Shown here: positions 12,929 to 25,440 of the stretch, piece after piece
Layout: every line of letters starts with the position of its first letter
Numbering within the stretch: position 1 is the stretch's first letter
Source of the DNA: Octopus sinensis
Lineage: Eukaryota
Length of the DNA stretch: 64,000 nt
Direction of reading: 5' to 3'
Assembly (NCBI RefSeq): GCF_006345805.1
Contig: NC_043013.1
Location: 7,006,001 to 7,070,000, forward strand
Notes under the pieces: model-generated
The model's database searches: none
What the model was told of the DNA's origin: nothing
The model's input: the letters and a program-made list of their open reading frames with translations, nothing else
Made by a program: the position numbers and the translations under genes

Positions 12929-13570
12929 GAGTGTGAGAGCAGTGCATGCCATCAAATTGACACTGGGATAAAATATACGAAGCCTGGTATACCCATCATG
13001 ACTATCCATCTGATAAGGGTGTACACGACATGGTATTTCATATCAAGATAAACAGCGCATGACCTTGCAAATGTAGCCCAGTGATAAGTTTCTTCAGGTT
13101 GAGTAGCCCATCCCGCTCAAAAGGTCCCTGAATAAGGGTTGCTCAAAGATGTTTAACAAAGCACTCATGTTGCCAGAGGTGAATTATCCGAACCCCCTAA
13201 AATTCCTCTCAACACATGTCTATGGTGCTCCTTCACTACTTCTGCTCGTGATCAGAGATGCACATATCGTCAGCCACCAAGGGACATGCTCAACTGGTTA
13301 AAGTCATACAACTGACAAGCAAATCTGTGGAATTGAGAAGAATATTTGCTGTAGACCATCTTTTATACGCAGACAAAACAATGTACATAACACTTCCAAT
13401 CAGTTAAGATCAGCAGCCATGAGAGCCACTGTCTGGTACTGTATCAGGGCATATTAAGCAGAATATTTGCTGTAGCCCATCTTTTATACCAAGACAAAAC
13501 AATGTACATGATAACACTTCCAGTCAGTTAAGATCAGAAGCCATGAAAGCCACTGTCTGGTACGGTATCA
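12929..13570 (-). mobile_element. Repeat family D (~525 bp) plus partial tandem duplication, flanked by (ATT)n
   Basis: gagtg(t/a)gagagcagtgcatgccatcaaa...ctggtactg(t/c)atcagggcat. Further copies at 15958-16090, 16929-17484 and 36135-36679. Confidence 0.85.
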
Positions 13571-13599
13571 TTATTATCATTATTATTAGTATTTGGTGC

Positions 13600-13995
13600 C
13601 TGGCACCTAGACTGTTGTCAGGAGTTCACATTCCTCTAGCAGTCGGGCAATGAGATCGGTGACGGTCCCGCTTTAGAAACTTAGAGGGGATTAATGGCGG
13701 GAAAGTGCGAGGACGTTCTCAGAGGGACTCTGGGCACCGATGAGAACGACCGGATAGTCTGTTCCGGAGGACTTTCCGGTCGGGAACTAACATGGGTAAT
13801 TTCCAGATGTCCTTGGTCTGGCAGTGCTACCGGAGGACGCTACCGGTTCGAGATAGACTCCACAGGCACGGATGTGCTGTCAGACGAGCTTGTCCGAGGT
13901 GCGCGCAGTAATGAAACCGTTCTGCACGCCCTTGTTCAGTGTCCGGGCATTGCTGGCTTATGAGGTTATGTCGAACAGCTGCTGTTACATTGAAT
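13600..13995 (+). mobile_element. Tx1/L1-clade LINE ORF2 C-terminal relic
   Basis: Zinc-knuckle-like CPRCARSNETVLHALVQCP; homologous to 35340-35480. Confidence 0.6.
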
Positions 13996-14167
13996 ATTGC
14001 AGTCCTAGAAATGCATTCTTCAGGGAACCAAAACGTGACGAGCATCACAAGTGGAAACACATTAATCATAGATCTGCCCAGTCCGGACGACATGAAACAA
14101 GACATAAAACATAAGCAACTGATGAGATTGTAATATAAATGATATTAAACAATAGTTTTGATCTCAC

Positions 14168-14336
14168 CTTCAGTGACAGGTAAGTTGTCAATGCATTCTT
14201 CTAAAATTACTGCATCACCTTCTTCTAATCTGTGGTAAACTGAAACTGCTGTTTCCACTAATTCTTCCACAATGGGTTTATTGAAAGACACCAGTTTGCT
14301 TCCAAACCATGAAGGACCGGAGGGTTTTATAACAAG
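14168..14336 (-). CDS. CARNS1: CARNS1-like coding exon 4 (LVIKPSGPSWFGSKLVSF...LEEGDAVILEECIDNLPVTE/G)
   Basis: Not in the ORF track; translated by hand. Acceptor ttctcattccag|CTT, donor GAAG|gtgaga; 169 nt (phase 0 to 1). Resembles the CARNS1 VKLSGWRWxG...LEEEESVLVE segment. Confidence 0.9.
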
Positions 14337-14462
14337 CTGGAATGAGAAGAAATGGAGAAAAAAAACGAATGTCTTAATATATTTTTACTTTTCGTAAATT
14401 AAGTACCAACCAAGTGTCAATTTCTTGGGGAAGGTACATAATTAATAATAATAATAATAATA

Positions 14463-14576
14463 AACACTTTCCATACAATAACCATCAGAGCATCACAACA
14501 AATCACAGCACATACCTAAGGCACACAGAGCTTGCGCTCGGTAGTGAAGTGAAAGCACGCTATAAAAATAAAACTA

Positions 14577-14580
<4 letters not shown>
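14463..14580 (+). mobile_element. Extreme 3' fragment of R4/Dong-type element, family alpha, between (AAT)n tracts
   Basis: Near-identical to 54780-54898 (ccatcagagcatcacaac...ctataaaaataaaactactgaataat). Confidence 0.8.
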
Positions 14581-14641
<61 letters not shown>

Positions 14642-16090
14642 TGATGATGATGATGATGATGATGGTGGTTGTGGTGGTGGTGGTGGTGGCGGCGGCGGTG
14701 GTTGTGGTGGTGGTGGTGGTGGTGGGGTTTTTTTTAATGGATAAGTCAATAACCAAGACAACAGTGTTCAACTCGTACTTATTTTATCGACATGGAAAAG
14801 ATGAAAGGCACAGTCGACCTGGGCGGAATTTTGAATTCCGAACGTAAAGACGGACGAAATGCCGCAAAGAATTTTGTCCGGCGCGGTAACGATACGGAAA
14901 AATAGGTGTAGGCGTGGCCGTGTAATAAGAAACTTGCTGTCCATCCACATGGTTTCAAGTTCCGTCCAACAGATACAACTCGTAAATTCAGAAACAATAA
15001 ACTGTGACAAACATCATGAAGGAAGAATTTTTACGGGAAGAAGTAATTAACATAACATACGCAATCAGATGAAACCATAACAGCTAATCCATTATAAACG
15101 GAAACGAACAAGATATCACATCCTTGTATGAATTACTCTATGCTGCTGCTACAGTTGTAACAAAATGTGAGGCGTAAAAATGAAAAATAGAGTGGCAAAT
15201 GCTCACGAAAGACTAGCGTGTCTAGAAAAAAAATCAAGTAACAAATCGATGGTCTTGGATCTGGTATAAAAATAATCCTTTCTACTATAGGTACAAGGTC
15301 TGAAATTTGGTGGGGGGGGGGGCGGGGACTGGTCGATTACATCTATCCCAGTACATGACTGGTACTTTTTTCAACGGCCCCGAGAGGGTGAAAGGCAAAC
15401 TGGACCTCGACGGAATTTGAACTCAGAACGTCAAGGCGGACGAAATGCCAATAAGCATTCCTCCCTGAGTTCTAACGATTCTGCTTTCTTTATTGCTCAC
15501 AAGGGGCTAAACATAGAGGGGACAAACAAGGACAGACAAAGGGATTAAGCCGATTACATCGACCCCAGTGCGTAACTGGTACTTAATTTATCGACCCCGA
15601 AAGGATGAAAGGCAAAGTCGACCTCGGCAGAAATTGAACTCAGAACGTAACGGCAAACGAAATACGGCTACGCATTTCGCCCGGCGTGCTAATGATTCTG
15701 CCAGCTCAACGCCTCATAGAAATAATGAAAGGCTTGAGCAGAAATCATAATATAAAACCTACTAAGAAGAGGGAAAGATAATGAGAAAGTATAAATTAAA
15801 GTGAAGTCACTATTTTGCTGAAGTAGTGGAGAAGATAAAACAAAAAAAAAAAAGAGATGCCAAAGCTGCGCGCATAAGCTGCCTCAAGAAACGATTCAAG
15901 TTATTCAAAGATAACAGCATGTTGAAAAATAACCTACATTCGGCCATTTAGCCTTGATCTGTGGTACTGAGCAGAATATTTGCTGTAGTCCATCTTTTAT
16001 ACCAAGACAAAACAATGTACATAATAACACTTCCAGTCAGTTAAGATCAGCAGCCATGAGAGCCACTGCCTGGAACTGCGTCAGGGCATT

Positions 16091-16143
16091 TATTATTATC
16101 ATTATTATTATTATTATCATTATTATTATTATTATTATTATTT

Positions 16144-16192
<49 letters not shown>

Positions 16193-16203
16193 CATTATTA
16201 TTA

Positions 16204-16249
<46 letters not shown>

Positions 16250-16850
16250 CATTATTATTATCATTATTATTATTATCATTATTATTATCATTATTATTAT
16301 TATTATCATTATTATATTATTATTATATTATTATTATTATAATTTTTATTATTATTATTATATCATCATTATTATTATAATTTTTATTATTATTATTATT
16401 ATCATCATTATATTATATTATTATTATTATTATTATTATTATCATCATTATTATTATCATCATCATTATTATTATTATTATTATATTATTATTATCATTA
16501 TTATTATTATTTTATTATTATTATATTATTATATTATTATCATTATTATTATTATTATTATTATTATATTATTATTATTATTATTATATTATTATATTAT
16601 TATTATTATTATTATTATCATTATTATTATTATCATATATTATTATTATTATTATTATTATTATATTATCATTATTATTATTATTATCATTATTATTATT
16701 TTCATTATTATTATTATTATTATTATATTATTATTATTATCATTATTATTATCATTATTATTATTATCATTATTATTATCATTATTATCATTATTATTAT
16801 CATTATTATTATCATTATTATTATTATATTATTATTATATATTATTATTA

Positions 16851-16887
<37 letters not shown>

Positions 16888-16928
16888 CATTATATTATTA
16901 TTATTATATTATTATTATTATTATTATT
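16091..16928. repeat. Long imperfect (ATT)n microsatellite
   Basis: About 840 bp of ATT/ATC units between two family D copies. Confidence 0.97.
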
Positions 16929-17484
16929 GAGTGAGAGAGCAGTTCATGCCATCAAAGTGACACTGGGGTAAAATATACGAAGCCCAATATACCCATCATG
17001 ACTACCCGTCTGATAAAGGTACACCAGGCACATGCATCACAACCATATGTGCGCGACATGGTGATCTCATATCAAGATAAACAGCACATGACCTTGCAGG
17101 TGGGGCCCAGTTTGAATTTTCTTCAGGTTGAGTAGCCCATCCCGCTCAAACGGTCCCCGAATAAGGGTTGTTTAAGGATGTTGAAAGAACCACCCATGTT
17201 TCCAGAGGTGAACTATTCAAACCCCAAAGCATCCCTCTCAACACATGGCTATGATGCTCCCCCACTACTTCTGCTCGTGATCAGAGATGCACATATCGTC
17301 AGCCACTAAGGGACATGCTCAACTGGTTAAGGTCAAACAACTGACAAGCAAATCTGTGGTATTGAGCAGAATATTTGCTGTAGCCCATCTTTTATACCAA
17401 GACAAAACAATGTACATGATAACACTTCCAATCAGTTAAGATCAGAAGCCATGAGAGCCACTGCCTGGTACTGCATCAGGGCAT
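16929..17484 (-). mobile_element. Repeat family D, full-length copy
   Basis: Same termini as the copies at 12929 and 36135; (ATT)n on both sides. Confidence 0.85.
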
Positions 17485-17517
17485 TTATTATTATTATTAT
17501 TATTATCATTATTATTA

Positions 17518-17548
<31 letters not shown>

Positions 17549-17600
17549 CATTATTATTATCATTATTATTATTATCATTATTATTATCATATTATTATTA

Positions 17601-17652
<52 letters not shown>

Positions 17653-17663
17653 CATTATTATTA

Positions 17664-17700
<37 letters not shown>

Positions 17701-17750
17701 CATTATTATTATCATTATTATTATCATTATTATTATTATCATTATTATTA

Positions 17751-17826
<76 letters not shown>

Positions 17827-17839
17827 CATTATTATTATT

Positions 17840-18100
17840 TCACTGCACTACCGAGCACATCTCTGTGTGCTTTCGGTATGTGCCGTGGTTTGTTGTAGTG
17901 CTCTTATCTTCACTGTATTGAAAGTGCTTTACGTAGGATGTGTGCTGCGGTACCTAGTAGTGCTATTTTCTTGTATGTTATATACATTCGTAAGTCCTGA
18001 TATTTTCCTTATGTATTTGTCTGAATGTCTTTTAAATCATACCTTATGCACCTATTTTTATAGGTATTGTTATTATTTTTAGGCTCCACGGTTTTATTAT
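17840..18100 (-). mobile_element. 3' fragment of R4/Dong-type element, family alpha, with (AAT)n tail 17485-17840
   Basis: Reverse complement aligns with 54640-54870 (...IALLGTAxHILRKALSIQ and 3'UTR). Confidence 0.7.
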
Positions 18101-18193
18101 TATTATAATTAGGCCGCCAGTTAGCTTAAATACAAAAATATGCAAATGAACTGCTGAACGGCATGCATATATGCTTATTACGTTTACACTTAC

Positions 18194-18570
18194 CTTGCTG
18201 AAACTGTGGGTGGCTAAAAACGTTTCGATTTTATCCTTGAAGGTCAACTGCAGTTGTTTGTCGGAAATGTTTTCTGGTATGACTTGGACAGTGATCCGTA
18301 GCCCTCTCGTATTCAATACGACGTTAGAATGTTTTATAAATGCCAAAGTGGTTGGATAAGGGACGCCAGCCTGGGCAGCCAATGTTCGAGTCAACAGTTT
18401 GTTATCGGTATAACTCAACAGCTTCAATGAACTACTCATAGGACAGTCCAAGTTTTGTTCAAGGTCTTCGCCTTCCGTGTGTGCATTTCCAGTGCAGTTG
18501 GCCGTGAAGAAATTGACAAAGTAAGTCACACGACGTGGCGGTTGATACATTTCTAGACAAGTGTGGCCTC
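18194..18570 (-). CDS. CARNS1: CARNS1-like coding exon 3 (GGHTCLEMYQPPRRVTYF...LDCPMSSS...DNKLLTRTLAAQAGVPYPTTLAF...SFSK)
   Basis: Acceptor ttcccaacag|GA, donor AAG|gtaagt; 377 nt (phase 1 to 0). PPRRxTYF and LLTRxLxAQxGVxxPxTLAF match CARNS1. Confidence 0.94.
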
Positions 18571-18800
18571 CTGTTGGGAAAGAAGAAGTGAAAATGAATG
18601 AGTGATGTTCTTTGCAAGGTATAGTCAAGCCTTTAGGAAGTTTTCTATGGCAATTGCGGGGCCCTGGAGTCCGATCCCACCAAGTGATTTTCTGCATAAC
18701 TGTTTTGCATCAGCACAAACCATCAGCGTAGACGGAAACTGGGTGGAAGCTCATCAAATGAACTATGCTTATAAGTAATAAAGTCATCCTCAGTGCAACA

Positions 18801-18861
<61 letters not shown>

Positions 18862-18890
18862 TACATATATATATATATGTGTGTGTGTGT

Positions 18891-19045
18891 GGAGGTGCAA
18901 TGGCCCAGTGGTTAAGGCGGTCGTAGGATCGCGGTTTCGATTCCAAGACCGGGTGCTGTGAGCGAAAACACCTAAAGCTCCACGAGGCTCCGGCAGGGAT
19001 GTGTGGCGATCCCTGCTGTACTCTTTCGCTACAACTCTTTCGGTC
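18891..19045 (+). mobile_element. SINE family C, 3'-truncated
   Basis: ggaggtgcaatggcccagtggttaagg...acacctaaagctccacgaggctcc. Confidence 0.8.
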
Positions 19046-19087
19046 ACGTGATCACGTGATATTTATATATGAGAATGAAGAGCACAC

Positions 19088-19124
<37 letters not shown>

Positions 19125-19128
<4 letters not shown>

Positions 19129-19305
19129 GTAGTTGTTGTTGTAGGCATCCGTAGGTCTCGCGAGAGTGTGGATTTGCGCCCGAAGAAATCGTGTCAGCTG
19201 CTGATGGTAGTGCAGCTTCCGTTGTGGCTGTGCAGGCCCACATGGCAATCACGCACACGGCGACTGCATTTGAAGGAGCTCTTTGCCGGCGCTACTGATT
19301 TTTCC
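19125..19305 (-). mobile_element. Possible RTE/Bov-B-like LINE 3' end
   Basis: gtaggcatccgtaggtctcgcgagag terminus with an (ACA/ACT)n tail; resemblance only. Confidence 0.35.
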
Positions 19306-19481
19306 TTTCGTTGAGTGCGCTTTTTTTTGATGGCGACTTCCTGTTTTCCTTCCGCTTTCTTTATATATAATTTATCAGAAAGCTCATTAAACAAGAAGCA
19401 AATTTACGTTTAGAGCAATAATATAAACGAATAAAGTCACGTCATTCATATTAACTCAAATATATATTTTTATTTAATATA

Positions 19482-19905
19482 GGCGCAGGAGTGGCTGTGT
19501 GGTAAGTAGCTTGCTTCTCAACCACATGGTTCCGGGTTCAGTCCCACTGTGTGGCATCTGGGGCAAGTGTCTTCTGCTATAGCCCCGGGCCGACCAATGC
19601 CTTGTGAGTGGATTAGGTAGGCAGAAACTTAAAGAAGCCCGTCGTATATGTATATATATGTATATATATATGTGTGTGTGTATTTGTATGTCTGTGTTTG
19701 TCCTCCTAGCATTGCTTGACAACCGATGCTGGTGTGTTTACATCCCCGTCACTTAGCGGTTCGGCAAAAAGAGACCGATAGTATAAGTACTGGGCTTATA
19801 AAGAATAAGTCCCGGGGTCGATTTGCTCGACAAAAGGCGGTGCTCCAGCATGGCCGCAGTCAAATGACTGAAACAAGTAAAAGATAAAAGATAGAAAAGA
19901 TAAAG
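19482..19905 (+). mobile_element. tRNA-derived SINE family B (CORE-like central segment), full length
   Basis: Head ggcgcaggagtggctgtgtggtaag...gggttcagtccc; CORE-like gtggcatc(t/c)tgggcaagtgtctt; internal (TA)/(TG) tract; tail ggcggtgctccagcatggccgcagtc..ctgaaacaagtaaaaga. Confidence 0.85.
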
Positions 19906-21350
19906 ATATTTCTTTACTACCTACAAGGGGCTAAACACAGAGGGGACAGACAAAGGGATTAAGTCAATTGCATCGACCCAGTGCGTAACTGGTACTTAAT
20001 TCATCGACCTGAAAGGATGAAAGGCAAAGTCGACCTCGGCGGAATTTGCACTCGGAACGTAACAACAGACGAAATATGGCTACGCATTTCACCCGGCGTG
20101 CTAACGTTTCTGCCAGCTCGCCGCCTTATTTTTATTTAATATATTTCCTCTGAGTACACGCTTGTGTTTCTACTAATCGCAGCAGTAACATAATTAGTGT
20201 GGCGATGCATTAGTGGACAACAACGAGAAAGCCTTGACAGTAAGTTACTTCGTATGTATAAAACCGATGAACTATGGCGATTAACACAGAAAACAACTTT
20301 ACAAGAAGAGCGTTACGAATCGAAATTAGATATTAAAAATTAAAATTAACTTACAGAAATGAGAATTATAGTCATGTTATTAATATTAGTTTCAAATTTT
20401 TACATAAGACCAGTAATTTCGGGATTGGGGTTAAGTCGATTACATCGACCCCAGAATTCATCTGATACTTATTTAATTAATCCCTAAAGGATGAATGGCA
20501 AAGTTGACTTCGTCGGTATTTGAACTGAGAATATTAAGTCGGAAGAACTGCTGTTAAGCATTCTGCCAATTCATCGCCTTAGTAATATGAGTAATATTAG
20601 AAATGAGTATGCAAGGCGACTAGCGGACAGCATCATTAACACGCCGGACAAAATGCTTAGCGGCATTTCGTCCGTCTTTGCGCTCTAATTTCAAATTCCG
20701 CCGAGGTCGACTTTGCCTTTCATCCTTTCGGAGTCGATAAAAATAAGTAGGAGTTAAGCACTGGAAGCGATACAATCGACTTATCCCCTCCCGTGAAATT
20801 ACTGGCCCTGTGCCAGCATTTGAAATCATTATTAGAAATGGTCATAAGGTGGCGAGCTAGCAGAATCGTTAGCACGCCGTGCGAAATGCCGAGCGTCATT
20901 TCGCCCGTCTTTGCGCTCTGAGTTCAAATTCCGCTGAGGTCGACTTAGCCTTTCATCCCTTCGGAGCGGATAAAAATAAGCATCAGTTGAAAACTGGGGT
21001 CGATGTAATTGACTTGCCTCTCCCCAAAATTATTGGCTTTGAGTGACAAAACTTGAAACCAAAATAAGAAATGATCGTCTCAGGAATATAACGAAAATAT
21101 CTTTTTATCGTAAAGTATCGTTGCAGGGAACTCGATAGACATGAAATGAATCTATGTTTTGAGCAATAATATAACAGTTTCAAATTTTGGCACAATGCCT
21201 GCAATTGTAGGGAGCGAAAATTAATCGATTACTCTCACCCCAGTACTCAAATGGTACTTATTTTATTGATCTCGAAACAGAACGCAAGGTGCTGGAAGAA
21301 TGCCGTTAAGCATTTTGTTCGACGCGCTAGGGTTTCCGCAAGCTCGCTAC
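19906..21350. mobile_element. Cluster of five SINE family A copies in mixed orientation (19906-20126 -, 20390-20580 -, 20610-20835 +, 20848-21065 +, 21180-21350 -)
   Basis: Repeated core gactttgcctttcatcc / ggatgaaaggcaaagtc; two tail types (A1, A2). Confidence 0.8.
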
Positions 21351-21595
21351 CTTCAAAGCAATAATGTAATGAAATGAAATTATGGCTAACACAAAAGAAC
21401 ACTATAAAATAAAAGTATGTAATAAGTAAATAAGTGTGAGAGACTAGCGTCCTAGCCAAGTGACAAGGTGCCTCACATTTTCTTGATCCTATAGAAACAG
21501 GAGTAAAATACCAACACCGTGGATAATACAGTTCAATGGGGAGAGAATTAAGGAAACGAGATCAGAAATCGAGATTAGTAGGTTAAACAACTTAC

Positions 21596-21974
21596 CTTTA
21601 TAGAAAGCTATGGCCTTGTTGACGTACAAAGAGAATTTGGAACTTTGTGTAGAAGATGGTTCCTTGCTAAGCCAGGAATCTGAAAGAACCAGAAGCATAT
21701 TTCCTGGACATTGTTCGCCTCCTTCTAACAAAACACTCAGACATTCAACAGGAGATGATAAAACGGTGATTGAAACCTGTTGATGGGAGAAAGTCTTAAC
21801 TTTGGATGTTTTGTCCTGCGTCTCTGGAAAACCAGTTTCGAATAATGAATGTTGCAATGCTTTGTAATATTGTCGAGGAATTTCTTCATTAATTCTTGAT
21901 AAAATTTCAGGAACTTCCCAAGACTCGTAATTCCACAACGGACATGTATACTCATCAAAACCTTCTGCATCTTC
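21596..21974 (-). CDS. CARNS1: CARNS1-like coding exon 2 (EDAEGFDEYTCPLWNY...SSPVECLSVLLEGGEQCPGNMLLVLSDSW...KAIAFYK/G)
   Basis: Acceptor ttgttttag|GAA, donor AAAG|gtaagt; 379 nt (phase 0 to 1). Motifs GFPETQD and LLEGGxQxPGNMLL match the vertebrate CARNS1 N-terminus as I recall it. Confidence 0.93.
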
Positions 21975-23532
21975 CTAAAACAAGAATCGAATAACAGAAA
22001 ATAAATGGAAAATATAATTAATTTCTCTCCTTTTCTAAACAAAACTAACCAACGATCGAACCTCTATATAATTGTTTCTCACCTGTTTTGATTTGTGGTA
22101 CACTGAAAATAACAAAATTACTGGCATTCTTCGTATGGAAAGTTAAAAAGAAAAACAACTTTGTTTTAAAGTTGGAAATTTAGAAAAAAAATTAAGAAAA
22201 ACTATTGTTTATCTTACGTATTTGTAACAAAATTTTTCAAAATGATCAAGCATTAGTATGGACTTTCTAAAGTCTTAAGTTATATCTTGAGGATTTCGTT
22301 ACGCCATTAGATAACCCCTTCAGACCATCACCACTGCGCATCTTTCTATGTTGTGGTTCAACTTGCTAAAGATAGTAATCTAGTCTTTCTCAAACCACAA
22401 CCTACCACCTAAGAAAATACTGTAATCCTAGACGCAATATTTATTGAAAAAACAAAGGAACATGGGGGCGGTCACATCTGGAAGGTCTTTCGTCACAGGT
22501 CAAGCCGACCAGAGTTAATGAAAGGTTACAAACCAACAAACTTTCATTCAAATTTTAGAAAAAGTCAATGTAACAATGTGGTGTCTGTACATTTCTCAAG
22601 GGCACTAGCAAAGTTTATTTGAGTCAACCCGGAATCGAAACCGACCACATAGAATCGAACTTGACACCGTAGGAAAGATAGAGATAAAAAGATAGTCAGA
22701 GAGAGAAAGGGGGGAGGGAGAGACTGGGGGAAAAGAGAATATGTAACAAAGACAGAAGACGGACCGATTAACAAATGTTTCACGATTAGCGATGATTGAG
22801 GTTGCATCAGTTTTCCCATTTTTTCTTTTTAACAATGGCCGATATGAAAACATGAAGAATAACAGGAGTGGCCAGGAAAAATAAATTGCACCTCTAAGAA
22901 GTAAGGGTTGCTGTATAACGGGTAAATGAGAGGCGGTGAGTCTGAATGGACCAATTGAAAATCAAATGTCTTAACTATAAACGTCAAGCAGTTGGTGGGA
23001 CACAACCTAAGCATCCATCTCTTTAGGGTTTTTTTAATCTTTAACTTGTTTCAGTCACCGGGTTGCGGCCATGCTGGGGATTTAGTCAGACTTGAAGGAT
23101 TTAGTCAAACAAACCAACCTCAGTACATATTTGTACTGGTACTTATTACTTATTCTATGGGTCAATTTTGTGAAATTTCCAAGTAACTGGGACATAAACA
23201 AACCAACACGTGTCGTCAAGCGGTGGGAATGGGTTGACAGATACAAACACAAATACACACATACACCATATACACATGTATGACGAGCTTCCACACAGTT
23301 TCCGTCTAACAAATTCACTCATAAGGCATTGGTTTGCCCGAGGCTATATAGTAGAAGTTGGTAATTTTATAAATACAATTAAAGCTTTCACTAGATAATC
23401 TGTACCACATAACACAAATAAAAGTGTTGATATAGATATTACAAACGTGTGTGTGTGTGTTAGAGAGAGAGAGAGAGTGTGTGTGTGTGTTGTGTGTGGT
23501 GTGTGTGTGTGTGTGTGTGTGTGCTTATTTTT

Positions 23533-23916
23533 GGAAGCATTCCGTCAGTTACGACGATGAGGGTTCCGGTTGATCCGAATCAACGGAACAGCCTGCTCGT
23601 GAAATTAACGTGTAAGTGGCTGAGCACTCCACAGACACGTGTACCCTTAACGTAGTTCTCGGGGATATTCAGCGTGACACAGAGAGTGACAAGGCCGGCC
23701 CCTTGAAATACAGGTACAACAGAAACAGGAAGTAAGAGTGAGAGAAAGTTGTGGTGAAAGAGTACAGCAGGGATCACCACCACCTCCTGCCGGAGCCTCG
23801 TGGAGCTTTTTAGGTGTTTTCGCTCAATAAACACTCACAACGCCCGGTCTGGGAATCGACACTGCGAACCTATGACCGCGTGTCCGCTGCCCTAACCACT
23901 GGGCCATTGCGCCTCC
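23533..23916 (-). mobile_element. SINE family C, full length, ~40 bp inside the intron after the first coding exon
   Basis: Same termini as 10853-11248; ~12-bp TSD gtgtgtgcttat. Confidence 0.85.
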
Positions 23917-23954
23917 ACTCGTGTGTGCTTATATGTGTGTCTGAAAATACTTAC

Positions 23955-24050
23955 TTGAACTTCTTCGTAGATATCTTCTTCAGTCACCCACCTTGTTGGA
24001 GATTTCTTGGCATCAAGACTTTCGTTGACAGAATTGGTAACAGCTTCCAT
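23955..24050 (-). CDS. CARNS1: Carnosine synthase 1-like, first coding exon (MEAVTNSVNESLDAKKSPTRWVTEEDIYEEVQ); exon incl. 5'UTR part spans 24075-23955
   Basis: Pyrimidine-rich acceptor ttctttcttcag|G at 24076/24075, ATG at 24050, 32 open codons, donor CAA|gtaagt at 23955/23954. Phase 0 matches the next exon. Assigned by splice logic; this segment has little recognisable homology. Confidence 0.75.
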
Positions 24051-24518
24051 CGTTTTTACTAACAAATAAGATATCCTGAAGAAAGAAATAAAAATAATAA
24101 TATTATCTGATTTAGTAGTAAGGCCAGTAATTTTGAGATGAGGAAGTTAATGGATACTATCAGTACCAATGCTTCCAAAGTACTTCCTTTTATTGACACT
24201 GAAAAGATGAAAGGCGAAGTTGACCGCAACAGGATTTGAACTCAAAACGTAAATACCGCAGAACAATTTCCCATCCTTCTATCTTTAGTAATTGTTTCAG
24301 ACTTAGGCTACAGGCTAGCAATTTAGAGGGAAGGAAGTGATTCGATATCATTAGCCCCAGCACGTCCGTGGTACTTTATTTTATCGTTTTCGGTAGGATG
24401 AAAGGCAAGATCAGCCTCGGCGGATTTGAACTCAGAGCATAAAGACAGACGAAGTACCACTAAGCCTTTCGCTCGTCCTGCTAACGATTCTGCCAGTTCA
24501 CCACCACCACCACCACCA

Positions 24519-24538
24519 CAATAATAATAATAATAATA

Positions 24539-24608
<70 letters not shown>

Positions 24609-24837
24609 CCTTTCTACTATAGGCACAAGGCCTGAAATTTTTGGGAAGGGGATGAGTCGATTACATCGACCCAGTGTTCAACTGGTACTTACTTTATCCA
24701 CCCCGAAAAGATGAAAGGTAAAGTCGACCTCGGCGGAATTTGAACTCAGAACATAAAGACGGGCGAAATGCCGCTAAGCATTTTGCCCTGCGTGCTAATT
24801 ATTCTGCCAGCTCGTCGCCTTCGCTATGATAATAATG

Positions 24838-24908
<71 letters not shown>

Positions 24909-25137
24909 CCTTTCTACTATAGGCACAAGGCCTGAAATTTTTGGGAAGGGGATGAGTCGATTACATCGACCCAGTGTTCAACTGGTACTTACTTTATCCA
25001 CCCCGAAAAGATGAAAGGTAAAGTCGACCTCGGCGGAATTTGAACTCAGAACATAAAGACGGGCGAAATGCCGCTAAGCATTTTGCCCTGCGTGCTAATT
25101 ATTCTGCCAGCTCGTCGCCTTCGCTATGATAATAATG

Positions 25138-25220
<83 letters not shown>

Positions 25221-25440
25221 CCTTTCAATTGGAGGCACAATGCCTCAAATTTGGGGGAAGGAATTAAGTCGATTAGATTGACCCCAGTGCGTAACTGATA
25301 CTAATTATATTGACCATGAAAGGATGAAAGGCAAAGTCGACGACCCTCGACAGAATTTGAAACCAGAACGTAAATACGGACGAAATGCCGATAAGCATTT
25401 TGTCCGGCGTGCTGATGATTCCGCCAGCTCACCGACTTAA
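24519..25440 (-). repeat. SINE A2 + (AAT)n array with an essentially identical 300-bp tandem duplication (24607-24906, 24907-25206) and a diverged third copy
   Basis: Direct line-by-line identity of the two units. Confidence 0.9.

Noticed and set aside
15954-17921. Long poly-Ile/Leu/Tyr ORFs
   Set aside because: Translations of (ATT)n microsatellites, antisense within a CARNS1 intron.
22605-22853. Minus-strand ORF MFSYRPLLKRK... as the first CARNS1 coding exon
   Set aside because: No convincing in-phase donor and it runs into CT-rich low complexity. The exon at 24075-23955 has clean splice sites and the correct phase.
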